Of a DNA stretch of 12,351 nucleotides, positions 1-8,401 are shown one piece after another (position 1 is the first letter of the stretch; each line of letters begins with the position of its first letter). The stretch spans positions 1 through 12,351 of the forward strand of contig NW_021826621.1 in assembly GCF_006345805.1 (NCBI RefSeq), in the 5' to 3' direction. Source of the stretch: Octopus sinensis. Its lineage: Eukaryota. Under the pieces are notes generated by a model. The model saw nothing but the letters and a program-made list of their open reading frames with translations. It did no database searches and was not told where the DNA came from. Made by a program: the position numbers and the translations under genes.

Positions 1-416
1 TCGATAAGTCGAATTCGAGTTCGTCGTGGAGATTCTTCGATATTGATATACGCAGATTATTTTTGTAGTAATCGAAATCTCGTTTCAATTCCAAGTTTTT
101 GTCAAATAAATTCTGAATTATTTTTAATAAGTTTTACTGTATTTACACCAGAATCGTCCACCAAATAAGACATGAGAATCACGGTTTATTATTTTATATG
201 AAATATATTACAAGATAATTTTAATACTTATAAATAATTAGTATAAATAATTAAGAAACGTTAGATAAAATAAAGATATGAACTCAGGGGATTTTCTTAT
301 TACAATACTATTTTTCATGTTGACAGAAAAAATAAAATGAGTACGAAAATTAGGAAAAAGAAAAAAACAAAACTAACCCCCTTTTCTTCAAAAGCCCTTA
401 AATTTTATTTAATAAT

Positions 417-775
417 AAAATTTTTTTTTAATTTTTTTTTGGGGGGAAGGTTTTAAGGACCTCATCATGTAAGTCGAGGACATCGTAGTTGTTTATTTTA
501 ACCAAAATGGAGAAAATTTTTTTTTAATTAATTTTTGGGGGGAAGGTTTTAAGGACCTCATCATGTAAGTTGAGGACATCGTAGTTGTTTATTTTAACCA
601 AAATGGAGAAAATTTTTTTTTAATTTTTTTTTGGGGGGAAGGTTTTAAGGACCTCATCATGTAAGTCGAGGACATCGTAGTTGTTTATTTTAACCAAAAT
701 GGAGAAAATTTTTTTTTAATTAATTCTTGGGGGGAAGGTTTTAAGGACCTCATCATGTAAGTTGAGGACATCGTA
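417..775. repeat. 96-bp tandem satellite, left part (units 1-4; unit 4 interrupted by Tc1)
   Basis: Unit GGGGGGAAGGTTTTAAGGACCTCATCATGTAAGT(C/T)GAGGACATCGTAGTTGTTTATTTTAACCAAAATGGAGAAAATTTTTTTTTAATTAATTTTT. G-runs start at 441, 537, 633 and 729 (period 96). Confidence 0.97.
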
Positions 776-978
776 CAGTACCGCTCAAATGTTTCGGACC
801 ACCCTATTTTTCTCAATTTCCAAGTCAATCCTAAATTATTTTTATACGGTTCTTTAGAGAAACTTATTAGATAAGCTTAAATACATTTATTCTATTCTAA
901 AATTTTCTTTAAATATTTTTGTTTGGCGCCAATTGAATATAATTGATTTTTGACTCGATCATATGTTCCGGACCAGTT
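776..978 (+). repeat. Left long terminal inverted repeat of Tc1 #1 (203 bp)
   Basis: 776-881 is a perfect reverse complement of 2191-2296 (106 bp). The middle is degenerate. 953-978 again matches 2094-2119 perfectly. Outer DR ATGTTTCGGACCA at 789-801; inner DR ATGTTCCGGACCA at 963-975. Confidence 0.95.
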
Positions 979-1064
979 GCAATCATATGTTTCGAACCAG
1001 TTAAATCTCTTTAAATTTAAATAATTTTTGATTCAATTAAAAACAAAAGACTAATAAATAACAA

Positions 1065-2057
1065 ATGCCGCGTGTTTCACTGGTTGATCGGGTCGCTATC
1101 ATCACTTTTTTTAAAGATGGAGCTTCACAAAGAGAAATTGCCGAAAAATTAAAAATATCCAAAACTGCTGTTCAAAGAACAATTTCCAGATATTCATCCG
1201 TTGGACTATATTCCGACAGACCCAAATCTGGTCGACCGAGATTGTTATCCCCAAGATCTGAACGCAAATTAGTGAGAATTTCGAAAGCAGACCCCACAAA
1301 AACGGCAAATCAAATTAAATTTGATATGAAATTAAATTCTATTGTAAGCACAAATACAATTAAAAGATGCCTACAAAGAAATAATTTGAATGGGCGAAAG
1401 CAATGCCCAAAACCAAGTCTTTCCATATGCCATAAAAAGGCTAGAAAAAATTGGTGCATTGAGAAATTAACTTGGAGCCAAAATGATTGGGGTAAAATTA
1501 TTTTTAGTGATGAATGCAAAATAAATTTGCATTCAAACACAAAAAATTATGTTAGAAGGCCACCAAACTCTAGATTTGACTCAAAATATTGTTTAAAAAC
1601 ACGAAAATTTTCTCCTAGCATTATGGTCTGGGGAGCTATTGCTGCAAATGGATGGAGAAACATTGTCTTATGCATTAAAAATGTTGATTCCGCAGAGTAT
1701 CAGAGAATTATAAATGTTGGACTCGAAAATTTTTATGATGAGACCATGTATCTCCAGCAAGACGGCGCTCCTTCCCATCGGTCCATGTCGACAATGAATT
1801 TTTTTCAAAGGAAACAAATAAAAATCTTAGAAACTTGGCCGAGCCAGTCACCCGAACTGAATATTATTGAAAATATGTGGTCGGTACTAAAACAAAAACT
1901 TTATGATCTGGAACCAAAAGATCTTCCAGAGCTCTGGAATTTGACCAAAAAAATTTGGTACGAGATTGATAATTCGTACATTGAAAAATTATACAATTCA
2001 CTTCCAGAGCGAATAAATGCTGTTATAACGAACAACGGAGGAAATATTAATTATTAA
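1065..2057 (+). CDS. Tc1/IS630-family transposase, intact, DD35E
   Basis: 330 aa with N-terminal HTH, GRPR motif, IIFSDE (D149), LQQDGAPSH (D233) and SPELNIIE (E269); 35 residues between the second D and E. AATAAA at 2072-2077 follows the stop. Confidence 0.97.
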   Translation: MPRVSLVDRVAIITFFKDGASQREIAEKLKISKTAVQRTISRYSSVGLYSDRPKSGRPRLLSPRSERKLVRISKADPTKTANQIKFDMKLNSIVSTNTIKRCLQRNNLNGRKQCPKPSLSICHKKARKNWCIEKLTWSQNDWGKIIFSDECKINLHSNTKNYVRRPPNSRFDSKYCLKTRKFSPSIMVWGAIAANGWRNIVLCIKNVDSAEYQRIINVGLENFYDETMYLQQDGAPSHRSMSTMNFFQRKQIKILETWPSQSPELNIIENMWSVLKQKLYDLEPKDLPELWNLTKKIWYEIDNSYIEKLYNSLPERINAVITNNGGNINY

Positions 2058-2093
2058 CTTTTTATAAGTTTAATAAATTTTCGGTTTTTTTTA

Positions 2094-2296
2094 AACTGGT
2101 CCGGAACATATGATCGAGTATAAAATCGATAATTTTAAAATTGCGCCAAACATGAATATCTGTCCAAGTTTTTAAAATAGAATAAATGTGTTTAAGCTTA
2201 TCTAATAAGTTTCTCTAAAGAACCGTATAAAAATAATTTAGGATTGACTTGGAAATTGAGAAAAATAGGGTGGTCCGAAACATTTGAGCGGTACTG
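2094..2296 (-). repeat. Right long terminal inverted repeat of Tc1 #1 (203 bp)
   Basis: Reverse complement of 776-978, same length. DRs at 2097-2109 and 2271-2283. Confidence 0.95.
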
Positions 2297-2745
2297 TAGT
2301 TGTTTATTTTAACCAAAATGGAGAAAATTTTTTTTAATTAATTTTTGGGGGGAAGGTTTTAAGGACCTCATCATGTAAGTCGAGGACATCGTAGTTGTTT
2401 ATTTTAACCAAAATGGAGAAAATTTTTTTTAATTAATTTTTGGGGGGAAGGTTTTAAGGACCTCATCATGTAAGTTGAGGACATCGTAGTTGTTTATTTT
2501 AACCAAAATGGAGAAAATTTTTTTTTAATTAATTTTTGGGGGAAAGGTTTTAAGGACCTCATCATGTAAGTCGAGGACATCGTAGTTGTTTATTTTAACC
2601 AAAATGGAGAAAATTTTTTTTAATTAATTTTTGGGGGAAAGGTTTTAAGGACCTCATCATGTAAGTCGAGGACATCGTAGTTGTTATTTTAACCAAAATG
2701 GAGAAAATTTTTTTTAATTAATTTTTGGGGGGAAGGTTTTAAGGA
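2297..2745. repeat. 96-bp tandem satellite, right part (rest of unit 4, units 5-8, partial unit 9)
   Basis: G-runs at 2347, 2442, 2538, 2633 and 2727 (period 94-96). The array stops at AAGGA, position 2745. Confidence 0.97.
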
Positions 2746-4406
2746 GAAGAAGAATAACTTCCTGCCTGCGTATTTGGTTTTCCAGGTTTTGGGATCATTC
2801 GGACGATTGTTCGTTTCCAGCTAGATGGGACGTGACCATTGTCCCAACTGGCATTGAATAGTTTTACCAGAATACGAAGCAAGCATCCGGGTGCCTTCTT
2901 GAACACCTCCATAGGGATGAAGTCAAATCCAGGAGCGTTGTTCTTGCAACCTCTGATTGCTTCGAACGTCTCTTCCGTGGTTATTTCCCTGCACAAGGGT
3001 CCATCCAAAACAAATTCTGAGCGGGAATTTCGGGTCGACTCCTCGAATATTTTCAGAGGCAGGATAGACGAAGGGTCCACCTCCTGAATCCCTGCTAGCT
3101 GCTGGCGGAAGACCTCCGGGACTTCCTCAGTAGGAACAAAGCCTCCATCCTCCGATTTAAGAATGATTTCTTCACCTTTCGCCTCCGTCCCGTTCATTAT
3201 TTTGTATAGTTTCCAGAATTTAGGATTTTTCTTGTTGAGTTTTAAGCATTCTCTCTTCCATGCCTCATCTGTGTTAGCTTTAGTCAGCTCGTCGATCCGA
3301 CTCTTCAGGGTGTTGATTCGGGCCTTTAGACTTCCAGAGTCCTCAGATTCGAAACACCTCCTTCTTTTGCTTTCCAGTCGCGCCTTGTCTCTGACTAGCT
3401 CAGATAGTCTAGTTTCGGTCCTCTTCGCGCAAGATCCCTGGGATTTCATATGTTTTTTAGAAGCGAATCTGTCCAGAAAGGCCACCACATGCTTTCGTAT
3501 GGCCATATCGAGATGATCAATACTTTCACTCGTGGACAGATGCATGTGGGAGAGAGGTTCCAAAGCTGCACCCATGAATATGGCGAACATGGGCCATTGC
3601 ACAGGGGACAAGTCGTATCCCGTGAAGAGATCTGATACCAACTCCGTAGATGTCCGCAACAACATTGATTGGGGCAGATGGTCACTCCCAATCTGCAGTT
3701 CTATCCGGGGCCTGTCGCAAAAAGGGCTCACAGACGCGGAAGAAAGAAATAGTCCGAGGCGATCACCTCCACTGAAGCAGAAATGATTAAGTTCCTCAGA
3801 AGTCCAGACATTAAGGTCATATTTCCTCGCGATCCTCAGTAAAGCCCGACCATCTTGGTTAGAGGTCTCGCATCCATAAGCGGTATTTTTGGCGTTGAGA
3901 TCTCCCGCAAGAATGGCCATCTCATTATCCTCAAAGAACTTCCTGATCACTTCAGGGTAGTTTCTGAGGTCCTTCGAGTACATTCCACCGATTGTTATCC
4001 ATCCAATGGAAGTTAGGAGTTCTAGTGCGATCAGTTCGCATCGGTTCTCTTCAAGGATCCTCAAGTTCTTTACAACAATGTCGGCTTTGTAGTAAAAAGA
4101 GGATCCCGTTCCCGCAATCGCCCCCGACCTCCATGGAATGTGAAGGGATCTATAGCCTTCGAATTTGATCTGCCGAGGCCCCTTCATTTTGGTTTCGTTC
4201 ACAATTAGGACATCTGTCTTTGCCAAGGTCAGAAGGGACCTCAGCTCCGTTGCCCGTCTCGTGAGAGACCGGGCATTGATAAGCGTTATCACGCTCACAC
4301 TTGATTTGGAACGCGGCTGCCCTCGTGCCTGAGCGCCGCTCGTTTTCGTAAAGGGGGCTTTTTCTGTTTTGGCTCGGCTGGAGTTGGCAAGGTATCCGAC
4401 GATATG
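2739..4406 (-). pseudogene. LINE ORF2 N-terminal part: APE endonuclease plus linker, truncated before reverse transcriptase
   Basis: APE motifs INARS, NETK, GGMYS, AGDLNAK, SDHLP; then NAPGFDFI and WDNGHVPSSWK. The frame is open from 4406. The track start at 4298 is a GTG codon. The stop TAA at 2739-2741 lies in satellite sequence. Confidence 0.9.
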
Positions 4407-4470
4407 TTAGATTTTTAAGTGGAAGATTCTTGGAGGAGTTCATGATTTTAAGCTTGTTCCCCATTATTGG
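2746..4470 (-). mobile_element. APE-endonuclease LINE fragment (Jockey/I-group-like), RT missing
   Basis: Abrupt GC-richer block encoding an APE domain and the ORF2 linker up to the pre-RT motif WKRTIVRMIPKPGKP..SY. The 5' boundary is approximate and the clade assignment is tentative. Confidence 0.9.
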
Positions 4471-4530
4471 CTAATTATAAGGGGAAAAGATTTTGACAAT
4501 TTATCTGTACTTTGCCAATTTGAAGTTGGT

Positions 4531-4572
4531 GTGCACACACAGACAGACACCATACCATTTTATTATTAAGAT
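4531..4572 (+). other. Short CA/CAGA microsatellite followed by TTTTATTATTAAGAT; possible end of a non-autonomous Helitron/Helentron-like element
   Basis: GTGCACACACAGACAGACACCATACCATTTTATTATTAAGAT. Resemblance only; no matching other end found. Confidence 0.25.
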
Positions 4573-4727
4573 AATTACAAAGATTATTTAGAGATTTTAA
4601 TCATGTAATCGGTGATTTTTTGAGAATGATTAGTTTGATAATTTCTTAAAATTTTTTGTATTTCGTATACTTTTCCTCTTGTTCATAATCATTCTCAAGA
4701 AACCATAATTCAAGCGCCTTCGCATAT

Positions 4728-5516
4728 TCACTCTTCATATAGTGTCGAAACAAATTTTTTCATCTTCCTCTTCACTTGGTCTTGCTGTTTTAGTTTTCTC
4801 GCAAAGTTTTGTATAAAGTTTTCGTCGTCAATTTGATCATTTTCATGAATCAAAAAATTTTCATAATCTATTTCTTCTATTTCTGTCAGGTTCTGTATTA
4901 ACGCATTTTCAAATCCTTTCTTGAAACAATTTGTAATTGTTAATTCCAACACTTCTAACCAAGCTTGATTTATGAATATCAAGCAATTCAATAGAGTGAA
5001 TTTCTTCAACTTTTTCGTAACTTTTTCGTGATCTACATTGTCATCATTAGTATAAAATTCAATCAAGTGTGCACATAGGAGTTGTCTATACCTGTCTTTT
5101 TGAATGATTTTATTATTCCTTGATCAAAGGGTTGTAACTTCGATGTTGAATTTTGAGGGAAAAAAAGAGTTCGATGTTACTGAACTCTAAATCACGTGAG
5201 TGTACAGTCGCATTATCAAGTAGAATTAGAATTTTTCTTTTTTGCAAAATCATTTATTGGTTCAATTCTATGAGCCATTCTGAGAAATAACCATATGTCA
5301 TCCATGCTTTTTTATTTGATTTGTATTCCACTTCTTTTTTTGGTCATCTAGAACATTAAGTATTCCTTCAGAATTTTTCAAAATTTTGTTTATGCAGCCC
5401 AGAGAAACATTGAAATAAAGGGATAAATCGCGCTGTGTGTAATGTCTATTTTTATGATAAAATTCGATTATTTCCTTCTTTTGAAAAAATGACAGGCGTT
5501 TTCGATTTTCCGCCAT
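4728..5516 (-). pseudogene. pogo/Tigger transposase pseudogene
   Basis: CENP-B-like N-terminal HTH (MAENRKRLSFFQKKEII...) fused out of frame at about 5320 to NKKAWMT...F.EWL. One stop follows, then QKRKILILLDNATVH...FPQNSTSKLQPFDQGII (about DD30D, one T missing near 5160) and the C-terminal LNCLIFINQAWLEV..TITNCFKK. Confidence 0.88.
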
Positions 5517-5791
5517 GCTAACAACTGTAGAACGTGTAGTTTATTCATTTTAAAGAATTTTAAATATATGTAAAAAATTACTAAATTAGATTAATGAAAT
5601 TCTAATATGTATGTAAAAATATTAAATTTAATATTTTTATGTTCACAAAAATTTGACTATTCTTTAATACTGAACACAAAAATATTTAAATAAATGATAT
5701 TATACATTTTTAAACGTGGTATTCATTTTATAATAAATATATTAATGAGAATTACTAATATTTGTTATTGTAGATTGCATTAATATGGCCT

Positions 5792-5830
5792 GTTCACTAT
5801 AGAGAGGGTTCACTATAGAGAGGGTTGACA
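5792..5830 (-). repeat. 16-bp tandem repeat (GTTCACTATAGAGAGG x2), probable TIR of the pogo element
   Basis: Minus strand reads GTCAACCCTCTCTATAGTGAACCCTCTCTATAGTGAAC, resembling pogo-type CAGT-NAACCCTC ends with an internal DR. The terminal CA is missing. It lies about 300 bp upstream of the pogo ATG. Confidence 0.65.
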
Positions 5831-5859
5831 ATAAGTTATTTTTCATTTATTTACTTATT

Positions 5860-6545
5860 CTAATTGAGAATTCGTCACCTACTCTTTTGGTTGCGGGTTC
5901 GATTCTCAGAGGCCACCTGTCGCGGAGGCTCCGTTCGGTTTTGACGTGTGACGCCGTCATAGAAAAATTCCAAACATTAGTTGGACGCAGAATGAGTCCA
6001 ATAGAACCAAACCCAGAAATATTTTTGTGACAATTTTTGACGACCTCCAAATATCTGCCAAAAGTGATATCATCGACATCCCAAATGTTTACTTCAAAAG
6101 ACAATTGACAACCGATATGATCAACTCCAAGGAGAACAGAAGAGGCCACAATGAGTCGCCCGTTGAATCCCCGATTCAAACATAATAACGGTACCAGACA
6201 AAGCCAGCTGCCTTATACCATGAGCGGCGGATTCGCAGGCTCCATTCATACCCACAGCCAGTTGGGGTTGCATTAAAACTAAACTTGCTTCGGGAACAAC
6301 AGAGCGACAAATAATTGCTAGATCCAAAGATTTGGCCACTTATATCCTAACCAATGTAGGAATTCGAGATGGGATAACTTTAGATTTGCAGAATCCAGAC
6401 AAGCGGGTGACGAATGCCTTCGAACAAGTTCGGTCGATTAAGAATTTGGTCGGAGAAAAGACTACCGACTGCTAGCCCGGGCTTAATTGGCTCAGACCAG
6501 GAAGGCAAGAGTGGTAAAGCCATCGTGACAGAGGAATAGCAGGCA
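5860..6545 (-). pseudogene. Decayed CRE-like non-LTR retrotransposon RT fragment
   Basis: Re-framed translation gives QPQLAVGMNGACESAAHGIRQ and GIQ(Q)GDSLWPLLFSLGVDH...NIWDVDDITFG, parallel to QLGVGIPNGYEAAVHATRE and GVQQGDPIGPLLFALG...WYLDDATIGG of the element at 8401. Boundaries follow the GC shift and are approximate. Confidence 0.75.
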
Positions 6546-6809
6546 CTATATATTAAGAATAAAATGATCGATTACTACAATAAATTATCATTTTATTAAA
6601 TTTTTTTTGGTACTTGTCTCCAGATGTCTTCACAGTTATTGTGGTGTCTTATAGCGTCCGGCCCGTTTATATCGTCCGGGGTGATGATCTACATTATCAT
6701 CTTTAATCATTTGTTTAACATCTTTGACACGAACGACAAAGATGAATACAAATAAAAAAAGAACACAGAGTTCATAATAGAGTAATGGAAGGTATCTTCC
6801 CAAACTATA

Positions 6810-8261
6810 CACTAGGTGCAAAAAAAAACCGTTTTTTTAAATACGGCATATTTTGCAAAGATAACCGTGATTTTTCTTTGTCGATATCGAAATTAACCCT
6901 AAATCAATTTTGTTATATTTTTTTTGTATTGTGTTATATGTCTAAATTAAAAATTTTAATTACACGAGCGCAATAAAAAACCGTTTATTCTGGTGAGTGT
7001 GACATTTTTTACTTTTTTTAGAATTTTAACCCTCGATAAAATTACGAATGCTTGATGTAATAACAAAAGGAAAGATTCTAAGCTTGAATGCGTTAAATTG
7101 GACCACTAAAAAAATATCTGACGAGCTTAATATCCCGCGATCAACTATCGCTGACTTCATCCGAAAATTCATTAAATATGGTACGACTGAAAGAATGAAA
7201 GGTTCGGGGAGACCAAAAATTCTTAATAAGGACGATATCCTTATTTTACTCAACCTGGTTAAAGAGGACCCCCCAAAAAAAGCTGATTGCTTAAGGAATG
7301 ATCTCCGTAAAATAACCGGAAGAACAGTCGGTAAAAGATCCATCGCAAATTATTTAAGAAGGGAGCAAATATATGCTCGTGTATGTAGAAAAAAACCATT
7401 ATTGAACAAAATAAATAGTGAAAAACGCTATAACATGGCAAAGCATTTCATTACTGTGCCAAACACTGAATGGATGAGGACAATTTTCAGTGACGAATGC
7501 AGTTTCGAAGTTTTTAATATTAAAAAACGGCAATATTGTTATCGGAAAAACAATACAGGCCTTCAAAAAAGCAACCTTTCGCCTACTGTAAAATTTGGTG
7601 GGGGGAAAGTTATGGTCTGGGGCTGTTTTTCCTATTACGGAATGGGCTCGCTTGCTTTTATACACGGGAATATGAATTCCGCACTTTATATCAACACACT
7701 ATGTAACCATTTATGGGAATCTGCAAAAAAATGGAGCTTAGTGACTTTATTTCCAACAAGACATGGCACCATGTCATACTTCCAAGATGACTATGCGATT
7801 TTTTCAAGAAAAGAAAGTAAACCTTTTACCATGGGCACCTCAATCACCGGATTTAAATCCGATCGAACATATATGGGCTCATATGAAGAGGGAATTAAAC
7901 ACCTTTCATCCAATGAATGTTTCGGAATTGAAAGAAAAAATCGAAAATATTTGGAACGAAATACCGATTAGTTTTATAAAAAATTAATCGAAAGCATGCC
8001 GAATAGAGCACAAAAGCTTTTTAAGGCAAAAGGGGACCATATGAATACTAACTTTAAATAATCAAAAATAAAACGGTTTTTTATTGCGTTTGATTTTTTG
8101 TTAGTTATAATTGTTAAGTAAAAATGATTACAAGTTCAAATATAAAAATAAAACTAGTGTTAAAAAATGATAAATTATTCAATTCTTAATAAAAACATAT
8201 AGTTGCATAGTAAATTTTTGATATTTCGAAAAAAACGGTTTTTTTTTTGCCCCACCTAGTG
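6810..8261 (+). mobile_element. Second Tc1-like DNA transposon (1452 bp, different family, IR/DR-like ends)
   Basis: Ends CACTAGGTG(GGG)CAAAAAAAAACCGTTTTTTT at 6810-6838 and 8229-8261. TA duplicated at 6808-6809 and 8262-8263. Inner inverted pair CGCAATAAAAAACCGTTT(T)ATT at 6969-6989 and 8067-8088. Confidence 0.95.
7048..8051 (+). pseudogene. Tc1 transposase, DD34E, four single-base frameshifts as assembled
   Basis: GSGRPKIL, IFSDE and GGGKVMVWGCF. After restoring single bases at about 7730, 7751, 7981 and 8042 it reads FIFQQDMAPCH...SPDLNPIEHIW...LIESMPNRAQKLFKAKGDH-EY*, with 34 residues between D and E. Confidence 0.92.
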
Positions 8262-8401
8262 TACATGATCTCGGGCAAAATCGGAATAGTTATTGTTTTG
8301 AGTTTTCTAAAAAAATTGTATTTTTTAACTTTACTCTAAATGCTGCAGAATTGTATTTCTAAAAATTTTAAAAATTAAATTTCTATTAACAATAAATTAA
8401 G

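Larger units (their letters stand above)
776..2296 (+). mobile_element. Full-length Tc1-like DNA transposon (1521 bp, IR/DR type) inserted in the satellite
   Basis: Ends are CAGTACCGCTC...GAGCGGTACTG. TA is duplicated at 774-775 and 2297-2298. Removing the element restores the satellite sequence CATCG-TA-GTTG. It contains an intact transposase ORF. Confidence 0.98.
4600..5830 (-). mobile_element. pogo/Tigger-like DNA transposon remnant, internally deleted, one TIR partly retained
   Basis: Transposase fragments on the minus strand plus a TIR-like end at 5792-5830. No matching TIR seen on the left, so the left boundary is approximate. Confidence 0.85.

Noticed and set aside
1-141. Possible pogo/Tc1-type terminus (GTTTTACTG-TA at 131-141; TCGATAAGTCGAA at 1-13)
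   Set aside because: Only short motifs, in inconsistent orientation, and any partner end would lie outside the window.
417-2745. CRISPR array
   Set aside because: Units are near-identical end to end with no unique spacers, no cas genes, and a eukaryotic TE context.
417-2745. Repeat-protein coding (96 bp = 32 codons)
   Set aside because: The frames examined hit stops within a unit (for example ATG GAG AAA ATT TTT TTT TAA and ATG TAA), and the ORF track shows nothing here.
2839-3786. Plus-strand ORFs (2839, 3163, 3450, 3532) and similar short antisense ORFs over the Tc1 and CRE elements
   Set aside because: Shadow frames of TE coding sequence with no recognisable motifs.
5792-5826. Phage promoter or vector contamination (CACTATAG core)
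   Set aside because: Flanks do not match T7 or SP6 promoters. Better explained as a pogo TIR repeat.
5888-5916. tRNA/SINE B-box-like GGTTGCGGGTTCGATTCTC
   Set aside because: The T-stem does not pair, there is no A box or cloverleaf, and it lies at the edge of a decayed retroelement.
8381-8400. TSD for the CRE-like element (TATTAACAATAAATTAA vs TATTAGATAAATTTAA near 11942)
   Set aside because: Imperfect low-complexity AT match; not supportable.
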